Notes: generated by a model not told the origin, from the sequence alone. A stretch of 64,000 nt of DNA from Treponemataceae bacterium (GCA_963678065.2 CAXXVZ010000003.1:416001-480000); one strand, 5' to 3'. Shown: positions 46,949-58,191, numbered from the stretch's first letter. Numbers and translations: made by a program.

Positions 46949-49795
46949 ATGAACAAGCTGATTATAAAAGGCGCGAGAGAGCACAATCTCAAGAACATCG
47001 ATCTCGAGCTTCCGAGGGATAAACTTATCGTCATTTCCGGCCTTTCCGGTTCGGGGAAGAGCTCGCTCGCCTTCGACACCCTCTTCGCTGAGGGACAGAG
47101 GCGCTATGTCGAGTCCCTGTCGGCGTACGCGCGGCAATTCCTGGGGCGGATGGACAAGCCCGATGTCGACTATATAGAAGGCCTCTCACCCGCCATCTCC
47201 ATTGAGCAGAAGACGACGCACCGGAATCCCCGCTCCACAGTGGGCACGGTCACTGAAATTTACGACTACTACAGACTTCTGTACGCGCGGATAGGTGTTC
47301 CCCATTGCCCCTCCTGCGGGCGGGTGATCAGAGAACAGAGCATCGACCAGATTCTGGATACGATCAATTCATGGCCGAAAGGCAGCAAGCTCCAGATTCT
47401 CGCCCCCGTGATCCGCGGACAGAAGGGCGAGCACCGGAAAATCCTCGAGGACGCGGGCAAGCAAGGCTTCTCGCGGGCCCGGATAGACGGTGAGATCCTC
47501 GAAGTCGACGGCGGCGTCAAGCTCGAAAAACAGAAGAAGCACACGATCGAGCTCATCGTAGACCGCATCAGACTCTCGGAGGATACGCGCAGGCGCCTCG
47601 CCGAGTCGGTGGAGACCGCCCTGCAGATAGCCGAGGGTTCGGTCATACTGGTCAGGGACAGGACCGGGGGAGGGGAGTCCGAAGAGTTCTTCAGCCAGAA
47701 AGGGGCCTGCCCCGAATGCAACATTTCGCTGCCCGAGATGGAACCCCGGCTTTTTTCCTTCAACGCCCCCCAGGGAGCCTGCCCCGCCTGCTCCGGTCTC
47801 GGGGTCAAACTCGAGTTCGATCCCGACCTCGTCATCCCTGACCGGAGTCTCTCCTTCAACGAGGGCGGCTGCATTCCCTACAACCCGGATGCCGCGTGGA
47901 ACAGGAGCCGCTTCGAGGCCCTCGCCAAACACTACAAGTTCAGCCTCGACACTCCTTTCGCCGAACTTCCGGACAAAGTCATGGGTGCGATCTTCCGCGG
48001 CTCCGACGAGGAAGTGAAGGTCCGATACGACAACAGGGAGGGCACAGGACACTTCGAGTACCAGTCCAGATTTCCCGGCATCCTCGCGGAACTCAAGCGG
48101 CGCTGGATGGAGACGACGAGCGACGGCATCAAGCAGTGGCTCGAGCGCTTCATGACCGAAAAGCCCTGCGAGGTTTGCGGGGGGAAGCGTCTCAAACCCG
48201 AGGCGCTCGCCGTCACAGTGGGAGATTCGGACATCCACACTCTCTCTGCGCTGTCGGTGGAAGAGACGCTGGCCTTCCTTTCGTCGATGAAACTCGGCGA
48301 GACGGACCGCCAGATCGCGAAACAGATCCTCAAGGAAATCACCGCGCGGCTCTCTTTCATGAAGAATGTCGGCCTCGACTACCTCAGCCTGGAACGGAAG
48401 GCGGCCACTCTCTCGGGCGGCGAAGCCCAGAGGATCCGCCTCGCGACACAGATAGGGAGCTCCCTCGTCGGAGTCCTCTACATCCTGGACGAGCCTTCCA
48501 TCGGGCTTCACCAGCGCGACAATCAGAGGCTGATCGACACGCTCCTGTACCTGCGGGACATAGGCAACACTCTTGTGGTTGTAGAGCACGATGAGCAGAC
48601 GCTCAGGACGGCCGACTACATCGTCGACCTCGGTCCGGGTGCCGGTGTCCACGGGGGCGAGGTCGTCGCCCAGGGCACTCCGGAGCAGGTCATGAAGAAC
48701 AAGAAAAGCCTCACCGGACAGTACCTCGCCGGAGATCTCGTCATCGAGGTTCCGGAAAAGCGGCGCCCCGGGAACGGTGGGTTCATCGGGATTCAAGGCT
48801 GCCGCGAACACAACCTCAAGGATATCGACATACGATTCCCTCTCGGGACTTTCACCTGCATCACGGGGGTCTCGGGCTCCGGCAAGAGCACTCTGCTCAC
48901 CGATCTTCTCTACCCGGTCATCTCCAATCGGGTAATGAAGACTTCCTGGCCCGAAGGCGAGTACAGACGCATCGAGGGATTGGAGAACATCGACAAGATC
49001 ATCAACATCGACCAGAGCCCCATCGGCCGCACGCCCCGATCCAACCCGGCCACCTATGTCGGGGTCTTCACCCACATCCGCGACCTCTTCTCGAACCTGC
49101 CCGAGTCGAAGGCGCGGGGCTGGAAGCCGGGCCGCTTCTCCTTCAATGTCAAGGGAGGGCGCTGCGAGAACTGCCAGGGCGACGGCACGATCAAGATCGA
49201 GATGAACTTCCTGCCGGACGTCTACATCACCTGCGACGTCTGCCACGGCAAGCGTTTCAATTCCGAGACCCTGGACGTGCGCTACAAGGGCAAGAACATC
49301 GCCGAAGTCCTCGACATGACCATCGAGGAGGCGGCCGCCTTTTTCGCGCACATACCACAGATCGCCAACAGGATGAACTCCCTGCTTTCGGTCGGACTCG
49401 GCTACGTCAAGGTCGGTCAATCGGCCCTCACCCTGTCGGGAGGCGAGGCTCAGCGCGTCAAGCTCGCGTTCGAACTGGCCAAGCGGAGTACGGGGAAAAC
49501 CCTCTACTTCATGGACGAGCCGACGACGGGACTCCACTTCGCCGACGTCAAGCAGCTGATGGAGGTCATCCAGAGGCTGGTGGAGGCGGGCAACTCTGTC
49601 GTCATGATAGAGCACAACCTCGACGTCATCAAACAGGCGGATTGGATCATCGACCTCGGTCCCGAAGGAGGCAACCGCGGCGGCAGTATCGTCGCACAGG
49701 GCACTCCCGAATACATCATCGGGGTCAAAGCCTCCCACACGGGACTCTACCTCAGGGATGTCCTCGTACCCGCGAAAGCCTTTCGCAGAAAATGA
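46949..49795 (+). CDS. uvrA: excinuclease ABC subunit A
   Basis: [23 protein letters not shown], two LSGGEAQR signatures, Zn fingers. Confidence 0.98.
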   Translation: MNKLIIKGAREHNLKNIDLELPRDKLIVISGLSGSGKSSLAFDTLFAEGQRRYVESLSAYARQFLGRMDKPDVDYIEGLSPAISIEQKTTHRNPRSTVGTVTEIYDYYRLLYARIGVPHCPSCGRVIREQSIDQILDTINSWPKGSKLQILAPVIRGQKGEHRKILEDAGKQGFSRARIDGEILEVDGGVKLEKQKKHTIELIVDRIRLSEDTRRRLAESVETALQIAEGSVILVRDRTGGGESEEFFSQKGACPECNISLPEMEPRLFSFNAPQGACPACSGLGVKLEFDPDLVIPDRSLSFNEGGCIPYNPDAAWNRSRFEALAKHYKFSLDTPFAELPDKVMGAIFRGSDEEVKVRYDNREGTGHFEYQSRFPGILAELKRRWMETTSDGIKQWLERFMTEKPCEVCGGKRLKPEALAVTVGDSDIHTLSALSVEETLAFLSSMKLGETDRQIAKQILKEITARLSFMKNVGLDYLSLERKAATLSGGEAQRIRLATQIGSSLVGVLYILDEPSIGLHQRDNQRLIDTLLYLRDIGNTLVVVEHDEQTLRTADYIVDLGPGAGVHGGEVVAQGTPEQVMKNKKSLTGQYLAGDLVIEVPEKRRPGNGGFIGIQGCREHNLKDIDIRFPLGTFTCITGVSGSGKSTLLTDLLYPVISNRVMKTSWPEGEYRRIEGLENIDKIINIDQSPIGRTPRSNPATYVGVFTHIRDLFSNLPESKARGWKPGRFSFNVKGGRCENCQGDGTIKIEMNFLPDVYITCDVCHGKRFNSETLDVRYKGKNIAEVLDMTIEEAAAFFAHIPQIANRMNSLLSVGLGYVKVGQSALTLSGGEAQRVKLAFELAKRSTGKTLYFMDEPTTGLHFADVKQLMEVIQRLVEAGNSVVMIEHNLDVIKQADWIIDLGPEGGNRGGSIVAQGTPEYIIGVKASHTGLYLRDVLVPAKAFRRK

Positions 49796-49858
49796 CCCTG
49801 ACTCCCAGAAGCCGCGGACATTGCTCCGCATAGCGCGGTCGGTGTATCATCCTGCCCG

Positions 49859-52800
49859 ATGCGCCGACCGCAGTTTTTAGCACTGATCTTTGCCGCCGCG
49901 ACGATACTCCGGACGGGCGCGCAGCTTTCGGGAAATTCGCCGCCAGACACGCAGAGCGTGCCTGGCGCTTCCACCGATGCGGGCACAGGGGCAGACACGG
50001 CTGTTTCGGAAACGGCGGCTTCGCAGGGAGCTGCGGCGTGGGCCGCTCTCTCGTCGCTTGAAAAAAAGGCCCTGCCTCTTGAAATAGCCGTCGCAAGTTA
50101 CTATGACCTCGTCGCCATGACGAAGAAGCTGGGCTTGCCGCAGACCGGCACGGCGGGACAGCTCCGCGAAAGGCTGTACGCCTGGTACGGCATACAAGCT
50201 CCTGTAAAGGAAGGCGGAAACCCCGTCGTCGTGATCGAGAAGGCCGACAAGGCCTCGCTCTTCAGAATCGAGGGAATGGATGGTCCTCTCGTCAAAATCA
50301 GCGGAGGAGTGAGACTCTCCGTCCAGGAATCCGATGGCACGACTCACCGGATTTCAGCGCGATCCATAACCTATGACAGGGACCGCAATGCGATCAGCGC
50401 TTCGGGTGGGGTCAGGTACGAGCGCGAAAGCGGCAGTTCCGTGGAGGTGTTCACCGGGTCCACGGTCGTCGCAGACCTCGACGATTGGACCGGCGTCTTC
50501 GTCGACGGCAGCTTTTCGATGCCCGGAAGTGCTTCCAGGAGCTCGACGGGAAGCAGCGCGACGACATCCTCGACCACTGCTTCGTCGACAGTGCAGAGCC
50601 TTCTCGGAACTTTCGGATCGTCTTCCTCCGGGCTCACTGTCGCCGCGGATCGCATCATCAAGCGGACGGGCGATGTGATTCTTGTCCAAAACGCCGAAAT
50701 GACCTCCTGCGACGATGAAGAGCCGCACTATGTCATCAGGGCGGGGAAAGCGTGGCTACTCGGCGCGGGTGACTGGGCAGTCGCCGACGCGTCCCTTTTC
50801 ATAGGTGGCCTGCCTGTCCTCTGGCTGCCCTTTTTCTACTACCCATCAGAGGAAATTGTCTTCCATCCTGTCATCGGTTCGAGGACCCGCGAGGGACGTT
50901 ACATCCAGACGACGACGTGGCTCATCGGGGAAAAATCCGTCTCCTCGTCGGCAGGGAGTTTCCTGTCCATCGGCCTGGACCAATCGAAGACGAGCCGATC
51001 GGTCGAAGGAGTCTTTTTCCGGACCCGGTCAGCCGATGTGGAACGGGGAGCGGGTTCAGCCTCCACGTCGGTTCCTTCCACGACCGCGAAGGCCGGCACC
51101 GGCCAGACCGCATCGAAAGCCGGAAAAACCTTCCTGAAGCTGTTGCTGGACGCGTATTCCAACCTCGGGATTTATTCCGGGCTGGAGGGCTCTTTCCCCG
51201 ACAGGACAGGGAAAAACAGTCTTTCATTCACCGCTGGCCTTGGTCTGAGCCGCTCGCTCTTCTATACCAGCAATGGGATGTATTCTCCCTTCTCTGCCGC
51301 CTCCGACTGGCAGTCGGTCTGGAATACGACTGACCTTGGGTTCGCCACATTGCCTTTCCGCTTCGGGGCCGAGCTGAAATCGACCTTCTTCCTTCCGATC
51401 GGCAAAACCGGACTTACTGGCACCGTTTCGCTTCCGGCTTTTTCGGATCCCTATTTCGAGCAGGATTTCAGGGGGAGAGCCGAAGACATGGAGTGGCTCA
51501 AGCTGTTTTCCTCGACAACGACGGATTCAGCGCGACCGTCAAAACGTAGCAGTCTTGTCCAGAAAATCGAATTGACAGGGGCGCTCTTATCGCAGTCGCC
51601 GGGGACGGGGCTCCTCTCGGGGATCGACCTGTCCAAACTCGGCATGTCCGCAACCTGGTACACGAAGACTGCGTCCTACAGCCCGGCACTGACGGGAACT
51701 GCGGCATCCTTGGAGGCGGTCAATCCGCAGAGGAGCTTCTTTTATCCCGATACACTGAGATTCTTTGATTTCAGCACGACTTTAAAGGGCAATCTCATCA
51801 CCTTCCCGGCTACCGCCGGCAGGTCAGGGAGTGCCGACACGGGTAGTTCATCCGATTTTCGGACTCCTTCCCAAGGAGACGGAAATGCGGCTTCATCCGG
51901 GCAGCCTAAGGATACGGAAAATCGAACATCGGCGGGCCCGGAGGCATCGACGGAAAACCCTACGGCGAAGAGTCCGGACGCGGAAACAAAGACGACCACT
52001 GAGTCCTCCGGCTCCGCGTCATCTCTCGACTTCAGAGTGCCCGGCCTCGCGGGCACGACGAAAACCTCTATCTCGGCATCCTCCTCCGGGAAACCTTTCA
52101 GTTTCAGCGCGGACTGGAATTTCACACCGACAGCTTTCTTCGAGGACCGTTTCCTTTCGGATTCGTGGGGGAATGTTTCCGACATCGACTACAGTCTCTA
52201 CTACAGCCTCCTCTCTCTCTCGATGACAGGTGGCGTCGATGCGAAGGCCGGTCTGTTCGATGACCTTGCCACGGTGACGGCCGGAATCGGAGTTCTGGGA
52301 CAGTACCGGCTCCGGCCGTATTTCAACGACACACGGTCTGACACCTCGACGATCAATTCTTTGATCCTTTCCGATTATCAGTATCAGCTGATGAAGATTA
52401 CCAGCAATTTCAAGACTTCCCTCATGCCCCTCAAAGACAACTGGCTCTGGGGACTTTCGTCGATCGCCTACAGCATCTCCTCCAATCTGTATGCCTACAC
52501 ATACTCAGGGATGTCGGATTCCGGGCTGACAGGGACAGCTCTCTATGATTCTACCTTCGCCTCCTGGGACAGAGACAGCATAACGGCCCACAACGCGTCG
52601 GTGACCTTTGCAATCCGCCCTGCCGGATTGACCCAACAGCTCAGTCTGACCGCCAATCTTCCGCCTCTCGATGAGACCTACACGCTCAAACTCGATCTGG
52701 ATGCGGGTTTAGCGAAGTTCAATCTCCAGGGACAGGCGACAAAAGTCCAGCCCGCGACAGTCTACTCCCTCAACCCCCTGACTGCGGGGATCACTCTCGG

Positions 52801-53533
52801 CTCCGGCGCATGGCCACGATTCTCTTCGACCCTCGTCTACAACATCCAGGGCGAAACACCCGATTCCTTCACGACAAGTCTTTCATGGAAGGCCTTCACC
52901 TCATCTCTCGTGTACAAATACTCGAGCGGGTACATCATTTCATCCGCGCACACCTGGGTTTCCGACGGGACCCAGAGCTTCCGGGCAGAATCCTTCACTG
53001 CGGGCCTCAATCCCTCATTCTCGTCGAAGCAAGGAGCAAAGAATCCCTGGTCAGTCTCCCTCAACGCGGGACTCACGCAAAACCTGGTTCGTTTTTCCGA
53101 ATCCAAGCTGCAGGTCGGCCTCAGCTCCAAAATCAGTCTTGGAAAGAACTTTTCACTCTCATTCTCGGGTACCTCGCAGAACACTGCCGCCTGGAGGTAC
53201 TACACCTTCCTGTTCCAGCCTTCCGGAGGTTTCGATCCGGCGGATTATAGCCGGAATATCTTTTCCGACGTCATCGACTCATTGACCGTATGGGATTCTA
53301 CCGCCCTGAAACGCAGCCTCATGAAGCTTTCCACCCTTTCTGTGTCGATGCAGCAGAATCTCCACGACTGGGATCTCGGAGCGACTGTGAGCGCTGCGCC
53401 GCTCCTTGTCGAGCCTACCGGCGCAAAACCATACTACACTCTCGAGATCTCTCTCTCGATCCTCGTCAAATGGCATGACATTCCGGGAATTTCCACGACG
53501 ATCACCAAAGATTCGAGCGGCTTGAGCTACTGA
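49859..53533 (+). CDS. lptD: spirochaete-type LptD-like outer-membrane protein
   Basis: Signal peptide; OstA-like N-region, TSCDDEEPHYVIRA, LPVLWLPFFYYP, FHPVIGSR; beta-rich C-terminus with LHDWDL. Confidence 0.75.
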   Translation: MRRPQFLALIFAAATILRTGAQLSGNSPPDTQSVPGASTDAGTGADTAVSETAASQGAAAWAALSSLEKKALPLEIAVASYYDLVAMTKKLGLPQTGTAGQLRERLYAWYGIQAPVKEGGNPVVVIEKADKASLFRIEGMDGPLVKISGGVRLSVQESDGTTHRISARSITYDRDRNAISASGGVRYERESGSSVEVFTGSTVVADLDDWTGVFVDGSFSMPGSASRSSTGSSATTSSTTASSTVQSLLGTFGSSSSGLTVAADRIIKRTGDVILVQNAEMTSCDDEEPHYVIRAGKAWLLGAGDWAVADASLFIGGLPVLWLPFFYYPSEEIVFHPVIGSRTREGRYIQTTTWLIGEKSVSSSAGSFLSIGLDQSKTSRSVEGVFFRTRSADVERGAGSASTSVPSTTAKAGTGQTASKAGKTFLKLLLDAYSNLGIYSGLEGSFPDRTGKNSLSFTAGLGLSRSLFYTSNGMYSPFSAASDWQSVWNTTDLGFATLPFRFGAELKSTFFLPIGKTGLTGTVSLPAFSDPYFEQDFRGRAEDMEWLKLFSSTTTDSARPSKRSSLVQKIELTGALLSQSPGTGLLSGIDLSKLGMSATWYTKTASYSPALTGTAASLEAVNPQRSFFYPDTLRFFDFSTTLKGNLITFPATAGRSGSADTGSSSDFRTPSQGDGNAASSGQPKDTENRTSAGPEASTENPTAKSPDAETKTTTESSGSASSLDFRVPGLAGTTKTSISASSSGKPFSFSADWNFTPTAFFEDRFLSDSWGNVSDIDYSLYYSLLSLSMTGGVDAKAGLFDDLATVTAGIGVLGQYRLRPYFNDTRSDTSTINSLILSDYQYQLMKITSNFKTSLMPLKDNWLWGLSSIAYSISSNLYAYTYSGMSDSGLTGTALYDSTFASWDRDSITAHNASVTFAIRPAGLTQQLSLTANLPPLDETYTLKLDLDAGLAKFNLQGQATKVQPATVYSLNPLTAGITLGSGAWPRFSSTLVYNIQGETPDSFTTSLSWKAFTSSLVYKYSSGYIISSAHTWVSDGTQSFRAESFTAGLNPSFSSKQGAKNPWSVSLNAGLTQNLVRFSESKLQVGLSSKISLGKNFSLSFSGTSQNTAAWRYYTFLFQPSGGFDPADYSRNIFSDVIDSLTVWDSTALKRSLMKLSTLSVSMQQNLHDWDLGATVSAAPLLVEPTGAKPYYTLEISLSILVKWHDIPGISTTITKDSSGLSY

Positions 53534-53656
53534 GTGATGGTCGTTTTGAGGAAATCCTTCCGGGTTCCCCAGCCGCGAGTCGCGGGGGTTGATTCGCAGG
53601 CGGGGTATGTTGATTTATTTCCCCGCCGGCCGGTACTATTCCCCCGAGGAGAACAT

Positions 53657-54613
53657 TTGGACAACACGACAGGCATTGTCCTCGAAAACACGAGCCTCGT
53701 GGCAGACATCTGTGGCGCCAATGACTACAACCTCCGCATCATGGAACACCTTCTGGGTGGGCGCATACTCTGTAGGGGCAACGAGTTGTTCTGCGAGAGC
53801 GCGGACCCCGGGATCCGGACACTTTTCACTTCTCTCGTGAACTCGCTACTGCAATCCATCGAGGACGGACTTCCCGCGACACCTGACCTCATCATCGCTC
53901 TCCACGCCGACTTGACGCCGGATGGTTCCGAAAAGCGGAGCACCGATGAATTCCTCGATCTCTGCATCCAGATCCCTGGCGGTTTTTCCAAGGTGTTTCC
54001 AAGGAGCAAGACCCAATCCCTCTATCTCAAGGGGCTCTCGACCCACGATCTCACATTTGCCGTGGGCCCCGCGGGCACAGGCAAGACATACCTCGCCGTC
54101 GCATGGGCCCTTCGGGAGCTCCTTGCAAAGACCAAGCGGAAACTCATACTCACTCGCCCTGTCGTGGAGGCGGGCGAGAGTCTCGGTTTTCTGCCCGGAG
54201 ACCTCGTCCAGAAGATAAGTCCCTATCTGCGCCCACTCTACGACTCGATGGAAGCTCTCATTCCCTTCGAGACAATGAGGCGCCTCGAGGAGACCAGGAC
54301 CATAGAAATCGCTCCCCTCGCATATATGAGGGGGCGAAACCTCTCAAACTGTGTCGTCATCCTCGACGAAGCGCAGAACACGACGAAAGAGCAGATGAAG
54401 ATGTTCCTGACCCGCCTCGGAGAAAATTCGAGGGCCGTTGTCACGGGGGATACCACGCAAGTGGATCTTCCGAGAAAGGGGGAATCGGGTCTTGCCCATG
54501 CGGTGGAAGTCCTCCGCGATGTCGACGGAGTCTTTGTCTGCACTCTTGACGCCAGGGACGTTGTGCGCAGCCCCCTGGTCCGCCGTATAATAGAAGCCTA
54601 TGAGTCCATCTGA
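53657..54613 (+). CDS. phoH: PhoH family ATPase
   Basis: GPAGTGKTYLA, TRPVVEAGESLGFLPGDL, APLAYMRGR, DEAQN, TGDTTQVDL; start TTG 53657 after GAGGAG. Confidence 0.95.
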   Translation: MDNTTGIVLENTSLVADICGANDYNLRIMEHLLGGRILCRGNELFCESADPGIRTLFTSLVNSLLQSIEDGLPATPDLIIALHADLTPDGSEKRSTDEFLDLCIQIPGGFSKVFPRSKTQSLYLKGLSTHDLTFAVGPAGTGKTYLAVAWALRELLAKTKRKLILTRPVVEAGESLGFLPGDLVQKISPYLRPLYDSMEALIPFETMRRLEETRTIEIAPLAYMRGRNLSNCVVILDEAQNTTKEQMKMFLTRLGENSRAVVTGDTTQVDLPRKGESGLAHAVEVLRDVDGVFVCTLDARDVVRSPLVRRIIEAYESI

Positions 54614-56822
54614 CAAACGTGCCGCGCGGGACACCGGCCTTCGACGGTGGCCCGCGTTCGGCGTTGCGCCTGGAGGACCTGTCTTTCTCATCATCGGCAT
54701 CGCAGCCTTCCTGATTTCCGTCCTCCTTGTCATGTTTCTCGGCCAGAGAGCCTTCACGAGCCGCAAGGCCAGCTTCGGGATCGAGGCGGGCAAACTTGCC
54801 GACCACGATGTCGTGGGAGAGCGCGATCTTGTCCTCGTGGACCGGAAAGCGACCGAACTCCGCATGGAAGCCGAAGAGCGTCTCGTGCTGCCCGTATTCG
54901 CGATGGACCCGAGCAAGACAGAATCGGCTACCACGCGTCTCAGGGAGTTTTCCGACCTCGCGAACGATCTTTCGGGCAGGGGATTGCCCTCAGACACCCT
55001 CTTCCTCACTGTCCAGAAGGAATTTCCTGGCGTCCTGGCGAAGAGTCAGGTGCTCGACCTGTTTCGCTCCCAGGCCATTCCGCAGATACTGATCAACGCC
55101 GAAGCAGTCCTCCGGAAGGTCATGGACCGCGGCATCGCCACCATCCCGGGACAGGGCCTGGAGAAGCTCAATCCGGATTACATCGAGCTTCGCAGACTTA
55201 TTGACGGTCGGACAGTCACCGAAGAGCTGCCTATGTCCCGTCTCGTCACAAAAAAAGGCCTCAACTCGGTCATCGACGACGAGATGTCCAGCCGTTACGT
55301 ATCACGGGTTCTTTCAGGACTTGTGGGCGACCTCGTCATGGCATTTGCCCTCGAGAACGTCTTTTTCGACGCGGATCAATCGGATCGGGCAAAAGAAAAG
55401 GCGAGGAAGGACGTCGAGCCGGTGCAGATCCGCATAAGCAAGGGAGAACGAATCATCAGGAAGGGCAGTCTGGTGAGCGATTCCGACTACGCTAAGCTGC
55501 AGGCCATCCGCACCGCGGTGATCCGTCAGGACTGGAACCTCGTCGCGAGCCAGATAGGTCTCATGCTCGTCTGCGTCGCGCTGGCATTCTTCTTTTTCGC
55601 TCCGGGGGGAATGGCCGGCGCCAGGACAGGACGACCGGAGGTCCGTCTCCTCGCCTCTGTTTCATACCTGTATTTTCTGATATCTCTCGTGCTCGCCCGG
55701 TTTTTTTCGTTCAACCCGGTCATGGCGCTCAGTCAGTACCTTCCGACCTCCCTGCTCTCCATGATGATAGCCGTCCTCGCCGGCCCCAGAGCGGCCGTGC
55801 TCTACAGCATCGTGCTTGCCCTGCTCGCTGGGGCTGGTGCGGGGATAAACGGACAGCTCTTCCTCATGGTCTGCCTCTCAGGCATCGCCGGCGCCTACGT
55901 AGTGCGGGCCGCGAGTTCCCGCATCGATCTTGTCCGCGCGGCGCTTTTCCAAGCGGCGATTCAAGGAGCGCTCAGCATCCTCCTCGCCTCAGGCATGGGC
56001 ATCCTTCCCCGCGATTTCGCGGTCACCGGCTTCATTCACGCGGGCAACGGATTCCTCTGCGGCGTTCTGGTCCTCACGCTGCTTCCCGTCCTTGAACAGT
56101 CTCTCAATTCGCCCACCAGGTTCCGCCTGCTCGAGCTGTCAGACCTCAACACCCCGACCATGAAACGCATGCAGTCCGTCGCGCCCGGCACATACAGCCA
56201 CTCCATCACCGTCGCCCACCTCGCCGAAACCGCCTGCAGGGCTATAGGGGCCGACCCCCTCCTCGCACGGGTGGGCGCTTATTACCACGACATCGGCAAG
56301 ATGGAGCAGCCGGAATACTTCATCGAAAATCAGTCGGGGTACAACAAGCATGAAGAGATCAATCCACGGCTTTCCGCCACCGTCATCCGCAGCCACGTCA
56401 AGATTGGCGCCGAAAAGGCGAGGGGGCTCGGCCTTCCTCAGCCCATCGTGGACATAATCGCCCAGCATCACGGCAATGGCATCATCACATGGTTCTTCGA
56501 TCAGGCTCTGAAGACCGATCCTGACGCGAAACCGGAAGATTTTTCCTATCCCGGCGATCCTCCCGAGAGCAAGGAGGCAGGTGTCGTCATGCTCGCCGAC
56601 GCCGTCGAGGCTGCGTCGAGGACCCTGAAAAAACCGACAGTCTCCCGCCTGGAACAGTTCATCCGCGAAATAATCGACGGCAAGATCGCCGCAGGCCAGC
56701 TGGACAGCTGCGCCCTCACCTTCCGGGACCTTGATCTCGTCCGGGCGAGTTTTATCAAGATACTGGCGGGCTATTTCCATTCCCGAATTGAATATCCTAA
56801 AAACAGGGAGTCACTCCGATGA
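54600..56822 (+). CDS. 7TM-HD phosphohydrolase (PgpH/YqfF-like, putative c-di-AMP phosphodiesterase)
   Basis: Extracellular domain, 7 TM, APGTYSHS, YYHDIGK, YFIENQ, QHHG, MLADAVEAASR, RIEYP. Confidence 0.88.
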   Translation: MSPSDKRAARDTGLRRWPAFGVAPGGPVFLIIGIAAFLISVLLVMFLGQRAFTSRKASFGIEAGKLADHDVVGERDLVLVDRKATELRMEAEERLVLPVFAMDPSKTESATTRLREFSDLANDLSGRGLPSDTLFLTVQKEFPGVLAKSQVLDLFRSQAIPQILINAEAVLRKVMDRGIATIPGQGLEKLNPDYIELRRLIDGRTVTEELPMSRLVTKKGLNSVIDDEMSSRYVSRVLSGLVGDLVMAFALENVFFDADQSDRAKEKARKDVEPVQIRISKGERIIRKGSLVSDSDYAKLQAIRTAVIRQDWNLVASQIGLMLVCVALAFFFFAPGGMAGARTGRPEVRLLASVSYLYFLISLVLARFFSFNPVMALSQYLPTSLLSMMIAVLAGPRAAVLYSIVLALLAGAGAGINGQLFLMVCLSGIAGAYVVRAASSRIDLVRAALFQAAIQGALSILLASGMGILPRDFAVTGFIHAGNGFLCGVLVLTLLPVLEQSLNSPTRFRLLELSDLNTPTMKRMQSVAPGTYSHSITVAHLAETACRAIGADPLLARVGAYYHDIGKMEQPEYFIENQSGYNKHEEINPRLSATVIRSHVKIGAEKARGLGLPQPIVDIIAQHHGNGIITWFFDQALKTDPDAKPEDFSYPGDPPESKEAGVVMLADAVEAASRTLKKPTVSRLEQFIREIIDGKIAAGQLDSCALTFRDLDLVRASFIKILAGYFHSRIEYPKNRESLR

Positions 56823-57274
56823 ACAATGTCGATCTCGGTTTCCGGGACATCGCCGAACCGGCATGGATGGACGCGGTGGAATCCTTCGCGCAGAAAGTCC
56901 TTTCCCGTCTCGGAAAGGACAACTGGGATCTGTCCGTCCTGTTCTGCGGCGATGGATTCATCAGGGAGCTCAACAGGGATTACCGAAACAAGGATGAAGC
57001 CACTGATGTCCTCTCCTTCGCTCAGGGCGACGAGTATGTCGACGGGGATGGCGCGAGGCGGTTCCTCGCCGGGGATATCGTCATCTCCCTCGATACGCTT
57101 GCCAGGAACTCTGAATATTTCGGCGTCGACGTGGACGAAGAGCTCAGACGACTCATCGTCCATGGAATCCTGCACCTTTCCGGCCTCGATCACGAAGACA
57201 ACGACCCCGCCCGCCCGATGCTACTCATGCAGGAAGAGATGATGGCCACGCTCTCCCCGACACGGATATCATGA
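56819..57274 (+). CDS. ybeY: rRNA maturation endoribonuclease YbeY
   Basis: LNRDYRNKDEATDVLSF, GDIVIS, VHGILHLSGLDH. Confidence 0.95.
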   Translation: MNNVDLGFRDIAEPAWMDAVESFAQKVLSRLGKDNWDLSVLFCGDGFIRELNRDYRNKDEATDVLSFAQGDEYVDGDGARRFLAGDIVISLDTLARNSEYFGVDVDEELRRLIVHGILHLSGLDHEDNDPARPMLLMQEEMMATLSPTRIS

Positions 57275-58059
57275 GCCCGCTCTTTGACGCATTCCTTCAC
57301 GGCCGACAGCGCCCCGGTCTGGAGGAAAAACCCGACGGCATCGCCGCTGAACGGCAGGAGATGATAGAAGGCATCGAGGAGCTTTCCGTCACGACGGTCA
57401 AAGAAGTGATGGTCCCCCGCACCGACACGGTCTTCATACCGCTTTCCGCTACGCATGTGGAAATACTGGAAACCGTTGTATCGTCGGGGCATTCGCGCAT
57501 TCCCGTATACGGTGAAACGATCGACGACATTGTCGGTATTCTCTACGCCAAGGACATACTGAGAGTCCTGAAGGCAGGAAAGTCGATCGACCTTGCGGGC
57601 CTCGTCCGCAAACCCTTCTTCGTGCCTGAATCCAAGCGGATAGACTCTCTTCTCCGCGAGTTCAAGCGCAGACACGTGCACATCGCCATCGTCGTAGACG
57701 AGTACGGGGGCGTTTCCGGCATCGTCAGTCTCGAAGACATCATCGAAGAGATTGTCGGAGAGATCCAGGATGAATTCGACGACGAAGGGGAGGAGATACT
57801 CCGTTCTCCTGATGGGGGATGGCTCTGTGAAGCCCGGATCGATCTCGACGATCTCAACAAGCGCTTGGGACTGTCTTTGCCCGAGGACGACTTCGATACT
57901 CTCGGAGGCTATGTCTTCGACCTCTTCGGGCGGATACCGGAACCAGGCGAGAGCGTGGAAGCATCCGGGCTCTGTTTTGTCGTTCAGGCCACGGAAGGAC
58001 ATCGCATCACCCGTGTCCTGATACGCAAATCTCCCGTCCCGGATGCGGAGAATTCGTGA
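57271..58059 (+). CDS. CBS/CorC domain protein (hemolysin/CorC family)
   Basis: VKEVMVPRTD, GHSRIPVY, AIVVDEYGGVSG, EDIIEEIVGEIQDEFD, FDTLGG. Confidence 0.9.
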   Translation: MSPLFDAFLHGRQRPGLEEKPDGIAAERQEMIEGIEELSVTTVKEVMVPRTDTVFIPLSATHVEILETVVSSGHSRIPVYGETIDDIVGILYAKDILRVLKAGKSIDLAGLVRKPFFVPESKRIDSLLREFKRRHVHIAIVVDEYGGVSGIVSLEDIIEEIVGEIQDEFDDEGEEILRSPDGGWLCEARIDLDDLNKRLGLSLPEDDFDTLGGYVFDLFGRIPEPGESVEASGLCFVVQATEGHRITRVLIRKSPVPDAENS

Positions 58060-58068
58060 TAGAAGGAG

Positions 58069-58191
58069 TTGAACTTGTGTGGACGCAGGGCGATAATATA
58101 GGTAATCATGGTGTGACTATTTTGTATAGTAAAATGTTGTTTTAATGATTGGCAAGTTTTCCTTGCCCAATTCGATATTTTGGTATACAAT
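58069..58191 (+). promoter_or_regulatory. tandem sigma70-like promoters of gdhA with an operator-like palindrome
   Basis: TTGAAC-N17-GATAAT (58069-58097) and TTGCCC-N17-TACAAT (58163-58191); GGCAAG-ttttc-CTTGCC overlaps the second -35. Confidence 0.6.

Noticed and set aside
47369..49831. 820-aa antisense ORF opposite uvrA
   Set aside because: Shadow frame from the strong codon bias of the sense gene; no motifs
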